In this document: positions 1-8,507 of the stretch, one piece after another
Layout: the number at the start of each line of letters is the position of its first letter
How positions within the stretch are numbered: the stretch's first letter is position 1
Origin: Chloroflexota bacterium
GTDB taxonomy: Bacteria > Chloroflexota > UBA11872 > VXOZ01
Reading direction: 5' to 3'
Length of the DNA: 64,000 bases
NCBI GenBank assembly: GCA_963663275.1
Contig: OY760183.1
Location: forward strand, 192,001 to 256,000
Notes under the pieces: generated by a model
The model's database searches: none
What the model saw: only the letters and a program-made list of their open reading frames with translations
What the model was told of the DNA's origin: nothing
Made by a program: the position numbers and the translations under genes

Positions 1-152
1 GGATACTCTTCCAGTGCCGCGCCGGTCTCGTCTTTGTACGAATAGCGGTCGGCAAAGACCTTCTGGCGGATGCCGTCGAGCATTGTGCCGTTCTCTACGT
101 CGGCTACAGGCTGCCCGTTGGCGCTCTTGCCGTTGGGGTGAATGACTGCCAT
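1..152 (-). CDS. nrdJ: Class II (B12-dependent) ribonucleotide reductase, 5' end (runs off window)
   Basis: Manual translation MAVIHPNGKSANGQPVADVENGTMLDGIRQKVFADRYSYKDETGAALEEYP resembles the NrdJ N-terminus; AGGAGA SD upstream; NrdR boxes in promoter. Confidence 0.75.
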   Translation of the reverse strand, partial: MAVIHPNGKSANGQPVADVENGTMLDGIRQKVFADRYSYKDETGAALEEY

Positions 153-275
153 AGCGGGATTCTCCTTGGGTCAATGAATTGGCAGATTGAACGAAGGTGC
201 TCGCAGAAGAGGGATGCGCTCAAGTCTCGCGAATGCGCAAAGCGGCGGAGGGGCGCTGCTCAATATGCTGCGTGC

Positions 276-328
276 TCAATATATCTTGTTGTAGTGGAGA
301 TTATAGAAAACAAGATATAGGGTGTCAA
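276..328 (-). promoter_or_regulatory. Sigma70 promoter with two NrdR boxes
   Basis: Minus strand TTGACA (328-323), 17 bp spacer, TATAAT (305-300); NrdR-like cores CAAGATATAG (311-320) and ATATATCTTG (279-288), 32 bp apart. Confidence 0.85.
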
Positions 329-587
329 GGGAGAACAGGAGAGTTTTGGACAGAATTAAGCAGGTTCGGCAAATGGTGGAACAGGGGCAGGCTAAGGCAT
401 TCAGTCAAGGGGCTGTATACAGTCTACCATACGCGACGGCGGCAGTGTTGCGCTATGCGCCGCGCGGAGGAGAAAAGAGGCCGGCGCTGTCAGGAAACGG
501 GCGCCGGCCAACCGGGTATCCTGCCAGCGCACGCCGGAAAGTCAGGCAAAGAGGCGCCCCGCTTGGCGGCGGCTGCCGCCCAACCGG

Positions 588-1292
588 TCACGAACCATAC
601 GGCGCGTGTGACGCTACCGCCGGATTCTCCCGGTCGTATTCCCAACGCGCCGGGTTGCTGCGAATGTACTCCCGAATCTTTGCCAGAGATTCCTCGCCGC
701 GCACCACGTGCTCGAAGTAGTTGCGCTGCCAGAGGGAGTTGCCGGGGAGACCATGCGCGCGATTGACCTGTTTTGTGCTGACGGTTTTGAATGCGCCAAT
801 CAATCGTCCCAAAGGCTTGCGCTTCCCACCGGTAGGGGCAGTTCGCGAACCGTCCGTGCGCACGCCGTCGTCCCCTCCCTCGGTAGGGGCAGTTCGTGAA
901 CTGCCCACGTGCGCGCCATCGTCCTCACCGGTAGGGGCAGTTCGCGAACTGCCCCTACGCGCGCCGTCGTCCTCACCGGTAGGGGCAGTTCGCGAACTGC
1001 CCCTACGAGTGTCGTCACTGATCATGATGAGGCCGTGGAGATGGTTCGGCATCACCACGAATTCGTCCAGCGTCACATAGGGATATTGCGTCTCCAGCCA
1101 TTGCCACGCATCAGTCACCAAACGGCCGGTATCGCTCAGACGCACGGCTCCATCAACCACCTCGCCCAACAGACACGCCCGCCCTTGCACCACAATCGTC
1201 ACAAAGTAAACGCCCGCCTGCGAGTAGTCATAACCTCGCAGGCGGACCGATCGGCGGTTGCGGCTAGCTGGCCGCGTGTTGGAACGAATCAC
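588..1292 (-). mobile_element. REP-associated tyrosine transposase (RAYT/TnpA-REP, Y1 HUH)
   Basis: RRSVRLRGYDYSQAGVYFVT N-terminus, MPNHLHG HUH motif, WQRNYFEHVVR, IREYIRSNP catalytic Tyr. Confidence 0.92.
832..1006. repeat. Four GTAG-type REP palindromes inside the RAYT ORF
   Basis: GTAGGGGCAGTTCGCGAACTGCCCCTAC at 931 and 979 (perfect), 883 and 832 (degenerate); 48-51 bp period, frame-preserving. Confidence 0.92.
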
Positions 1293-1384
1293 TACACTTC
1301 ACTATAGTTCAGGACACATCTGACTCGACTACGGCTCGGCCTCAAACGATCCCTTGGTTACCCCGATAGGCGATAAAAGGCCGC

Positions 1385-1663
1385 TCACGCCCCGTCTCCG
1401 TCAGCGAACGGGATCTCCCGGCGGGACTCGCGGTCGCCGGGAATTTCAAGCTCCACGCCGCGCGGGACGTTTTCCACCAGCCACCGGCCAAGAGGCGCGC
1501 GCTGCGAGAGCTTGGCGTGCCAGGAGTCGGCAGGCACGACCACACACGGGCGCCGCACGCCGATCTGCTGCGGCCCTTCCACCTCCGCCAGGCGCAAAAC
1601 CTCCGAGAGCCGCGCTTTGGCCTCGGCCACGGTCCATACACGGTGGGCAGCGGGTTTCTTCAC
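1385..1663 (-). CDS. Phd/YefM-family antitoxin (no intact toxin partner)
   Basis: WTVAEAKARLSEVLRLAEVEGPQQI is a typical Phd N-terminus. Confidence 0.85.
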   Translation of the reverse strand: MKKPAAHRVWTVAEAKARLSEVLRLAEVEGPQQIGVRRPCVVVPADSWHAKLSQRAPLGRWLVENVPRGVELEIPGDRESRREIPFADGDGA

Positions 1664-2145
1664 GCGCGTGCGACACTCCTCTGATTGGGAATGAGTAGAT
1701 TCAGACGTGACCTAGTCATGGGGCTCGGTTTCATGTCAAACCAAAACGCAGCGTCCAACAGGATTCACGGAATGGAGAATCCCGCACACGAGATCCTTCG
1801 TCGCTGCGCTTCTCAGAACGACCGGCTAAGGCGCCGGGTGGAGTTTAGCCTGAGCTTGCCGAAGGGAAGGGATGCGCAAAGTGTCCGGCACGGAGACGCG
1901 GCCTACGCCCGCATCTACCAAAACCGCTCCACTGCATATACGAGTCCAGACTAGTACACGCATATTCGCAAGTGTGCTCCGGCCACACGGAACAACGGGA
2001 TATCCCGCCAACCGTCGCCGGTCTGTCAGGCAAGCAACCCCCGTTCGACGCGCACTTCCGCGGAGGCGCTCATACGACCCAACCTTTCCCCTCAATGGGC
2101 AAGGGGTATTGCAGAAGTCTCCGTTGGGATTCGCGCCGCCTCAAG

Positions 2146-3885
2146 TCACGCCGGATAGGGGCGGTATTCCACAAGCGCCGCTCTGCCTTCGATGGCGATG
2201 ATGCGCACCAGGAGTTCTGCTCCCGCGGCGTCGGTTAAGCGCAGGTCTTCGCCGGGGATGAAGTTGACCGGCTGCTGCTTGCCCTCGTCGATGGCGATGT
2301 TCGAGGCGTAGAGGTACGTGCGGCCGTGGGTATCGCGGATGGGATTCAGTCTGCCCTCGATGCCCGGCACGCAGCCGGCGGCCTCGGCGAAGATGACGCT
2401 GCCGCCTTCGAGCGCGTGCAGTTCAAGCGCCAGCGCCCCCTGGCGCGGCAACCAGGCTTGTTCCAGATGCGCGGCGTGGCCGGGAGCGGCGGCGAACACG
2501 GTCATGGGAAGGTGGGTCGTGTGCAGGTCTACGGTCGCCTCGCCGTTTTCGTCCGTAGTCCCGCGCTGCCAGGCGCCATTGGGGAAGAGCGCCAGCAGGT
2601 TGGCGCCGGGCAGGGGCTGCCCCGCGGACCGCACCGTGATGACGGCGCGGGCCGGGCTGTGCTCCTGCACGGCCGCCGGTATGGAGAGGCAGACTTCAGA
2701 GTTGTCGATCAAGCGGTATTCGGGCGGTTTGCCGGCGAGTTCCCGTGTTTCGCGCAGGATGATGGGCACGCCATCTCCACGCCGTTCCATGAAGTACTGT
2801 CTTTCCGCCGCGCCGTGAATGCCCCCTACCGTCATGCGCGCCAGCACAGAGGTCAGCGCCTCGTTGCGGGTTGCTTGCGGCTCCGCCATGCTCTCCACCG
2901 TCAGGTTGTTCGGCAGAGAGCCCGGCGATTGAATCTCCAGCCGGTCTTGAAACAGCGAAAGGCGGATCTTACTGCCGCGTATCGCATAGTCGCGATGGGC
3001 CACGGCGTTGACGAGCGCCTCGAACAGCGCCTGCGGGCTGTACTGGGGAATGTCCACTCGCGCCGGCTGCTTGCGGGCCGCGACGCGCATGTTTCTGACG
3101 GCGAAAGCCACCGCCTCGGCGATCTGCCGGTTCAGGGGGCCGGTGATTTCTTGCGCGTCGATCTGCCCGGAAGCGCGGTCGAGTCCCCGGTAGCAGGTTG
3201 CCGTAATGCAAGCGTTGGGGAGCCAGCGGTCGGGGTTTTGGGTGCACAGCAGCACACCGGCCACCGTGGCGCGCAAGACCCCGGCCTCGTCGTCGGCCAG
3301 GAGCGCCAGCTTCTGAAGCGCCGGCGCCGGGTTCGCCGCGCCCTCCGCGCTCAGCAGGGGCTTCCACAACGACTCTTCCAGCGTGTTGAAACCCGTGTCC
3401 TGAACGGTCTGCTCATCGAACGACGAGAACCGCGCCTGCCCCCGCCGCTGCGCCAAGCGCAACCGCTCGTCGCTGGTCATCTTGCGCTTCGAGCCGCCGA
3501 CCCGCACGTAGCTTCCGCCGGGGCTGTCGTGCTGCGCATCGCCCTCGGGCACCTCGACCAGCAGCAGACGCTTGCCGTTTGGCAGTTGCCGATGGTACGT
3601 GCGAATGCGCACGGCCGGCCGCACGGAGTCGGAACTGACCTCGACGAGCAAAGCGTCCAACGCGACGATCTGCGCGCGCGACATGCCCTGCACATCGCCC
3701 TCGTCAGTGACGCCGCAGAGCAGCATGCCGCCGTTCGCGTTGGCAAAAGCGGCGATTTCGTCCGCCCAGTCGCCGCGCTCCGGGCTTCTTGGTCGATTGC
3801 CAGCGAATTCGACGGCTTTGAACTCCCAGTTGCTGTCCTCGCCCAACTGCAATTGGCGCAGCACTTCGTCGTCGCTGTACGTCAT
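2146..3885 (-). CDS. AlbA_2 (Schlafen-like) + HATPase_c_4 (RecG-C-like) protein with an extra C-terminal beta domain
   Basis: GEDSNWEFK, IAAFANANGGMLLCGVTD, EALVNAVAHRDY, RLEIQSPGSLP, MERRGDG. Confidence 0.85.
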   Translation of the reverse strand: MTYSDDEVLRQLQLGEDSNWEFKAVEFAGNRPRSPERGDWADEIAAFANANGGMLLCGVTDEGDVQGMSRAQIVALDALLVEVSSDSVRPAVRIRTYHRQLPNGKRLLLVEVPEGDAQHDSPGGSYVRVGGSKRKMTSDERLRLAQRRGQARFSSFDEQTVQDTGFNTLEESLWKPLLSAEGAANPAPALQKLALLADDEAGVLRATVAGVLLCTQNPDRWLPNACITATCYRGLDRASGQIDAQEITGPLNRQIAEAVAFAVRNMRVAARKQPARVDIPQYSPQALFEALVNAVAHRDYAIRGSKIRLSLFQDRLEIQSPGSLPNNLTVESMAEPQATRNEALTSVLARMTVGGIHGAAERQYFMERRGDGVPIILRETRELAGKPPEYRLIDNSEVCLSIPAAVQEHSPARAVITVRSAGQPLPGANLLALFPNGAWQRGTTDENGEATVDLHTTHLPMTVFAAAPGHAAHLEQAWLPRQGALALELHALEGGSVIFAEAAGCVPGIEGRLNPIRDTHGRTYLYASNIAIDEGKQQPVNFIPGEDLRLTDAAGAELLVRIIAIEGRAALVEYRPYPA

Positions 3886-3986
3886 TGGCGACCTATTCCA
3901 TCAGTGAAGGTCTCTCGGCTTCCTCCCATGCTGCCCACCGGTCCCGCTGCAAACCTTTGCGCGCGGCAGAGTCGTCGCGGGTGGGC

Positions 3987-4223
3987 TTAACCGAGGTGTT
4001 TCAGCACCTCGTCGTGTTCGGGGAAGCGGCCTGTCTGGTGTTTGGAGAAGATGACGGTGTTATCGAGGGTGACCTCGAAGGCGCCGCCGCCGGAGGGGAT
4101 GAGTTCCAGGCTTTCCAGGTTGAATTCGTACTCGCTCAGCACTTTTTCCGTCAAACTGACGGCTTTGGGGAGGTAGCCTCACGAGGTGCAGTATTCGATG
4201 CTCAGGCGCTGCTTGGCGGCCAT
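3987..4223 (-). CDS. SelW/SelT/SelH (Rdx family) selenoprotein, 78 aa, Sec at codon 15
   Basis: MAAKQRLSIEYCTS(TGA)GYLPKAVSLTEKVL...LIPSGGGAFEVTLDNTVIFSKHQTGRFPEHDEVLKHLG; CxxU motif; AAGGAG SD; not in the ORF track. Confidence 0.93.
4148..4181 (-). promoter_or_regulatory. Putative bacterial SECIS element
   Basis: UGA at 4181-4179, followed 16 nt later by hairpin CCGUCA-GUU-UGACGG with G in the apical loop. Confidence 0.75.
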
Positions 4224-4341
4224 GGGTGTGCTCCTTCCGGCTCGCTGTACGTTGGTTCTGTCGTTCTTTATTCAGTATGACTCTTCTTGCGCGTTTCGGT
4301 CAACGGCGCGGGTCGCAAATGCGCGTCTACACGGTGGAAGA

Positions 4342-4400
4342 CGCAGGTTACAAACCTGCGCTACCGGAAGCACGGCTTCCAGGTTGCATACCCGCGCTAC
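4342..4400. repeat. GTAG-type REP pair (CGCAGGTTnCAAACCTGCGCTAC family)
   Basis: Same unit recurs near 20510, 45579 and 57459-57581. Confidence 0.8.
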
Positions 4401-4649
4401 CGGTCTGAGATGGAGAATGCCCGCGCGTCCCATGGGAACCCGCCGTACAGGGGATGCCGCGCGCGGCGGTCTTTTTCCGCAAAAGACCGTCTCTTGGCGG
4501 CGCATTGTGGCTTGCGCGGGATAGAGCGGCTTGGTACCCTATGGTATGGCTACTTTGGGCGTGGGTGTTGCCGTTCCGAAGCCACGCCGCTTCGAACCGC
4601 AACGCGCGCGCTGCCGCTTAACTGAAGGCAGGGAGAAGGTACAGTAGTC

Positions 4650-5900
4650 ATGAGTGAACCGCAACCAGAGCAGCCGGAGGACCTGGCGCGGTCCAACGGC
4701 CACGTGCGCGTGAGCGTGCGCAACGTTTGGAAAGTGTTCGGCCCGGTAGCGGGCCCGGACGTGGCGGAGACCCTGGAGGGCAAGACCAAGGACGAGGTGC
4801 AGGACGAACTGGATTCCGTGCTGGCGCTGCACGACGTGAGTTTCGACGTGCAGCAGGGCGAGACGTTCGTGGTGATGGGCCTCTCCGGCAGCGGCAAGTC
4901 CACGCTGGTGCGCTGCCTCATCCGGCTCATCGAGCCGACCTCCGGCCAGGTCATCGTCGACGGCGAGGACGTCCTCAGCCAGACCGATGAGGAACTCACC
5001 CAGACGCGGCGGCAGAAGACCGGCATGGTCTTCCAGTATTTCGGCCTGCTGCCCCACCGCACGGTGATCGACAACGCCGCCTGGGGCCTGGAGGTGCAGG
5101 GGGTTCCCGCGGAGGAGCGCCGCGAGCGGGCGGCCGAGGTGCTGCGCATCGTCGGCCTGGAAGGCTGGGAAGACTACCGCCCGGCGGCCCTCAGCGGCGG
5201 CATGCAGCAGCGCGTCGGCCTGGCGCGGGCGCTGGCCTGCGACCCGGAAATCCTGCTGATGGACGAGCCGTTCAGCGCGCTGGATCCGCTCATCCGGCGG
5301 GACATGCAGAACGAACTCATCCGCCTGCAGGAGCAGATGCACAAGACCATCATCTTCATCACGCACGACCTGGTGGAGGCCACCAAGCTGGGCAGCCGCA
5401 TCGCCATCATGCGCGACGGCGCGATCGTCCAGATCGGCACGCCGGAAGAGATCATGGCGAATCCGGCGGACGACTACGTGGCCGACTTCACCCGCGACGT
5501 GCGCACCTCGTCGGTGGTCACCGTGGGCTACGTGATGGAAGAATGCCCGGTGCAGGCGCAGAGCGGAGCGGCGCCGGCGGAGACGCTGGCCGCGCTGGAG
5601 GCGGCTGACGCCGATTGCGCGTTCGTCGCCGCTGAAGACGGCGCGTACCAGGGCGAGATCAGTTTGGACGACGTGAGCGAGGCCGCCGCCAACGGCGACG
5701 ACACCATCGATAGCGCCGTAGAACGGCGGCGCGAGCCGGTGGAAACCGGGCAGTGCATCGAGGAGGCCCTCTCCCAGGCCTGGCCCTACGAGGGCAGCAT
5801 TCCCGTGGTGGACGAAGAAGAACGCCTGGTGGGGACGGTCGAGCGCGACACGCTGGCCGAAGCCGTGTTTTCCGAAGTGCGCGAGGAGGCCGGCGCTTAG
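4650..5900 (+). CDS. proV: Glycine betaine/proline ABC transporter ATP-binding subunit with CBS domains
   Basis: VMGLSGSGKSTL, LSGGMQQRVGLARAL, LLMDEPFSALDPLIRRDMQ. Confidence 0.93.
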   Translation: MSEPQPEQPEDLARSNGHVRVSVRNVWKVFGPVAGPDVAETLEGKTKDEVQDELDSVLALHDVSFDVQQGETFVVMGLSGSGKSTLVRCLIRLIEPTSGQVIVDGEDVLSQTDEELTQTRRQKTGMVFQYFGLLPHRTVIDNAAWGLEVQGVPAEERRERAAEVLRIVGLEGWEDYRPAALSGGMQQRVGLARALACDPEILLMDEPFSALDPLIRRDMQNELIRLQEQMHKTIIFITHDLVEATKLGSRIAIMRDGAIVQIGTPEEIMANPADDYVADFTRDVRTSSVVTVGYVMEECPVQAQSGAAPAETLAALEAADADCAFVAAEDGAYQGEISLDDVSEAAANGDDTIDSAVERRREPVETGQCIEEALSQAWPYEGSIPVVDEEERLVGTVERDTLAEAVFSEVREEAGA

Positions 5901-5912
5901 CCGGACACTACT

Positions 5913-6914
5913 ATGGCCGTAACGACACGCTCCGAGGAAGCAACCGAAGAGAGCCGCCAGGCCGCCCGCGGCGGCATACCCATGCCCCCGAAAGGCGTGC
6001 TGGCCCTGGCCGGGTTCGTCGCCTTGTTCATCGTGACGCTGCTGGTGTGGGGGCCCAGGACGGAGTTTCCGCTCGACTGGAGCAACGGCATCAGCCGCTG
6101 GATCAATGAAGGCGTGGAAACCATCACCGTCGCCTGGGGCCCGGCGTTCGACCTGGTGTCCGATTCGGTGCTGCACTTCCTGCTGTGGATCGAGACGGCG
6201 TTCCTGTGGACGCCGTGGCCGGTGGTAGTCGTGGCCGTCGCCGCCATCGCCTGGGCCACGGTCGGCTGGAAATTTGCCGCGTTCGGCACGATCGCGCTGC
6301 TCACCACCGGCGTGTTCGGCCTCTGGGAGAGCGCGATGGAGACCATGGCGCTCATCGTCGTCTCGGTCTTCCTCTCCATCGTCGTGGGCATTCCCATCGG
6401 GGTGCTGGCCGCGCGCAGCAACACCTTCGACGCGGTCCTCAAACCGCTGCTGGACGGCATGCAGACCATGCCGTCGTTCGTCTACCTGGTGCCGGTGGTC
6501 ATGTTCTTCGGCATCGGCAACGTGCCCGCCGTCTTTGCCACCATCATCTACGCCGCGCCGCCCACGATTCGCTTCACCAGCCTCGGCATCCGGGAAGTCA
6601 GCCCGCAGGTGGTGGAAGCGGCGCGCTCCTTTGGCACCACCCCCCGCCAACTGCTCTTCAAGGTGCAACTGCCCATGGCGATGCCGACCATCATGGCCGG
6701 CATCAATCAAACGACCATGATGGCGCTGGCGATGATGGTGATTGCCTCGCTGGTGGGCGCCGGCGGCCTGGGCGAGGACGTGCAGCGGGCGCTCTCGCGG
6801 GCGCAGCCGGGTCAGGCGCTGCTGGGCGGCCTGGGCATCGTCTTCCTGGCAATCATCATCGACCGCATCACGCAAGCCTGGGCGAAGAGCCGGCAAGAAT
6901 CTTTGCGGATGTAG
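5913..6914 (+). CDS. proW: Glycine betaine/proline ABC transporter permease
   Basis: LDGMQTMPSFVYLVP, EAARSFG, KVQLPMAMPTIMAGINQT. Confidence 0.93.
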   Translation: MAVTTRSEEATEESRQAARGGIPMPPKGVLALAGFVALFIVTLLVWGPRTEFPLDWSNGISRWINEGVETITVAWGPAFDLVSDSVLHFLLWIETAFLWTPWPVVVVAVAAIAWATVGWKFAAFGTIALLTTGVFGLWESAMETMALIVVSVFLSIVVGIPIGVLAARSNTFDAVLKPLLDGMQTMPSFVYLVPVVMFFGIGNVPAVFATIIYAAPPTIRFTSLGIREVSPQVVEAARSFGTTPRQLLFKVQLPMAMPTIMAGINQTTMMALAMMVIASLVGAGGLGEDVQRALSRAQPGQALLGGLGIVFLAIIIDRITQAWAKSRQESLRM

Positions 6915-7008
6915 GGCATTTTTGCTGCATTAATGGTTGATTGTGGAGCGGATTTGCGGCATTATTAGGCTAGAGCGTTGTATACACAATTGGGAGGTTC
7001 CCAACGTT

Positions 7009-8064
7009 ATGCGAATACGAACGTGGAAGACACTGGGTGGCATCTTGGCGCTGTTGTTCGCCATGATGCTCGCCCTCAGCGCGTGCGGCACAGCCCAGGT
7101 GGCGCCCACGGACGGCGAGGCCGCGCCGGCCGAGGAAGAGGCCGCGGAACCGATGGAGAAGCCGACCATCGTCTTTGCCGACCTGAGCTGGGATAGCGCC
7201 CAGATCCAGAACGCGGTGGCGCGCTACATCCTGGAAAACGGCTACGGCTACGAGACCGACGCGGTCTTTGGCGACACCGTGCCCATGCTGGTGGCGCTGC
7301 GCGCCGGTGACGTGAACGTGAACATGGAAATCTGGCTGCCCAACCAGGAAGAGCCCTTCCTGCTGGCGCTGGAAGAAGGCACCGTCGAGGTTGTGGGCAA
7401 GAGCCTGGAAGACAACTGGCAGTCGGCCTTCATCATTCCGCAGTACGTCGCGGACGCGAACCCCGACCTGAAAACGGTGGAAGACCTGAAAGACCACATG
7501 GAACTCTTCGTAACGCCGGACAGCAACGGCAAGGCGCGTCTGCTGACGTGCATCCCCGGCTGGGCGTGCGAGGCCGTGAACGCGGCGCAGGTCGAAGCCT
7601 ATGGCTTGAGCGACGTGGTCGAGTTGGTCAATCCGGGTTCGGACTCGGCTCTCCAGAGTGAGATCCGCGCGGCATTCCTCAAGGAAGAGCCGGTGCTCTT
7701 CTACTACTGGGGTCCGACGACGTTCTCCTTCGAGCTTGAAACCCAACTCGGCGGCTTCTACTTCCTGGAAGAGCCGGAATACAACGAGGAGTGCTGGGAA
7801 ACGCGCGCCTGCGCCTACCCGGTAGCCGAAGTTGTGATTGCCGTCAACACGGGTATCAAGGATTCCGCCGGTGACGTGGTCGATATGCTCAGCAAGTGGG
7901 ACTGGAACTTCAACAACCAGCGCCAGGCTGAGACCTACTTCTCCGAGTCCGGCGGCGAGTACGCCGACGTGGCCATCTGGTGGCTGCAGAACAACGATTC
8001 GTGGCGCGAGTGGGTGACCGCCGACGCCGCGGAGAAGGTTGCTGCCGCCCTGGCCGCCGAATAA
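7009..8064 (+). CDS. proX: Glycine betaine ABC transporter substrate-binding lipoprotein
   Basis: GGAGG SD before ATG 7009; lipobox LSAC; WDSA, CIPGWAC and YYWGPT motifs. Confidence 0.88.
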   Translation: MRIRTWKTLGGILALLFAMMLALSACGTAQVAPTDGEAAPAEEEAAEPMEKPTIVFADLSWDSAQIQNAVARYILENGYGYETDAVFGDTVPMLVALRAGDVNVNMEIWLPNQEEPFLLALEEGTVEVVGKSLEDNWQSAFIIPQYVADANPDLKTVEDLKDHMELFVTPDSNGKARLLTCIPGWACEAVNAAQVEAYGLSDVVELVNPGSDSALQSEIRAAFLKEEPVLFYYWGPTTFSFELETQLGGFYFLEEPEYNEECWETRACAYPVAEVVIAVNTGIKDSAGDVVDMLSKWDWNFNNQRQAETYFSESGGEYADVAIWWLQNNDSWREWVTADAAEKVAAALAAE

Positions 8065-8143
8065 TCCGCTTACACGCTATGTTCATGCTACCGCTTGCGG
8101 AGTGATACTCCGCTGAGCGGAGCGGCATGACGGCAACGAGCGA

Positions 8144-8183
8144 GAAAGAGAGAGGGACGCGCGACTGCGCGTCCCTCTCTCTT
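8144..8183. terminator. Intrinsic terminator after the betaine transporter operon
   Basis: AAAGAGAGAGGGACGCGC-GACT-GCGCGTCCCTCTCTCTTT perfect stem. Confidence 0.8.
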
Positions 8184-8274
8184 TGCGCCCAACCCGGACG
8201 GACGCACTCCTGATGACGGAGTCAACTTGACTGTGCCCTGCTGTTTCACCCTCACCCTGACCCTGAAGGAGAGG

Positions 8275-8420
8275 CTGACAGGGGTAGTCATACTACATCC
8301 GACTTCACGTGTCATTCCGAGCGGAGCGCAGCGGAGAGAGGAATCTAAGGCGTTCGCTGTAGAAAAGTCGGTTCTAGATTCCTCGCTCCGCTCGGAATGA
8401 CACTTGTCTACCCCTGTCAG
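8275..8420. mobile_element. MITE family A copy 1 (146 bp)
   Basis: TIR CTGACAGGGGTA...TACCCCTGTCAG; internal GTCATTCCGAGCGG...CGGAATGAC palindrome; degenerate 12-bp flanking repeat. Confidence 0.85.
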
Positions 8421-8507
8421 ATGAGGGAGAGGGGACTAATCCGGAACTTGGCTATCTGTCCTAGCTAACTGTCCTGGCTATCCGTCAGAGATAGATTGAT
8501 ACCGTTG

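Noticed and set aside
3885-4280. 131-aa plus-strand ORF
   Set aside because: Antisense shadow of the selenoprotein gene.
4520-4649. Riboswitch upstream of the betaine transporter
   Set aside because: No recognisable aptamer consensus by eye; an Rfam scan would be needed.
4539-6896. Long opposite-strand ORFs (785 aa here; also 2326-3990, 16273-18246, 18615-20255, 59740-61383)
   Set aside because: Shadow frames of well-supported genes in high-GC DNA, with no recognisable motifs.
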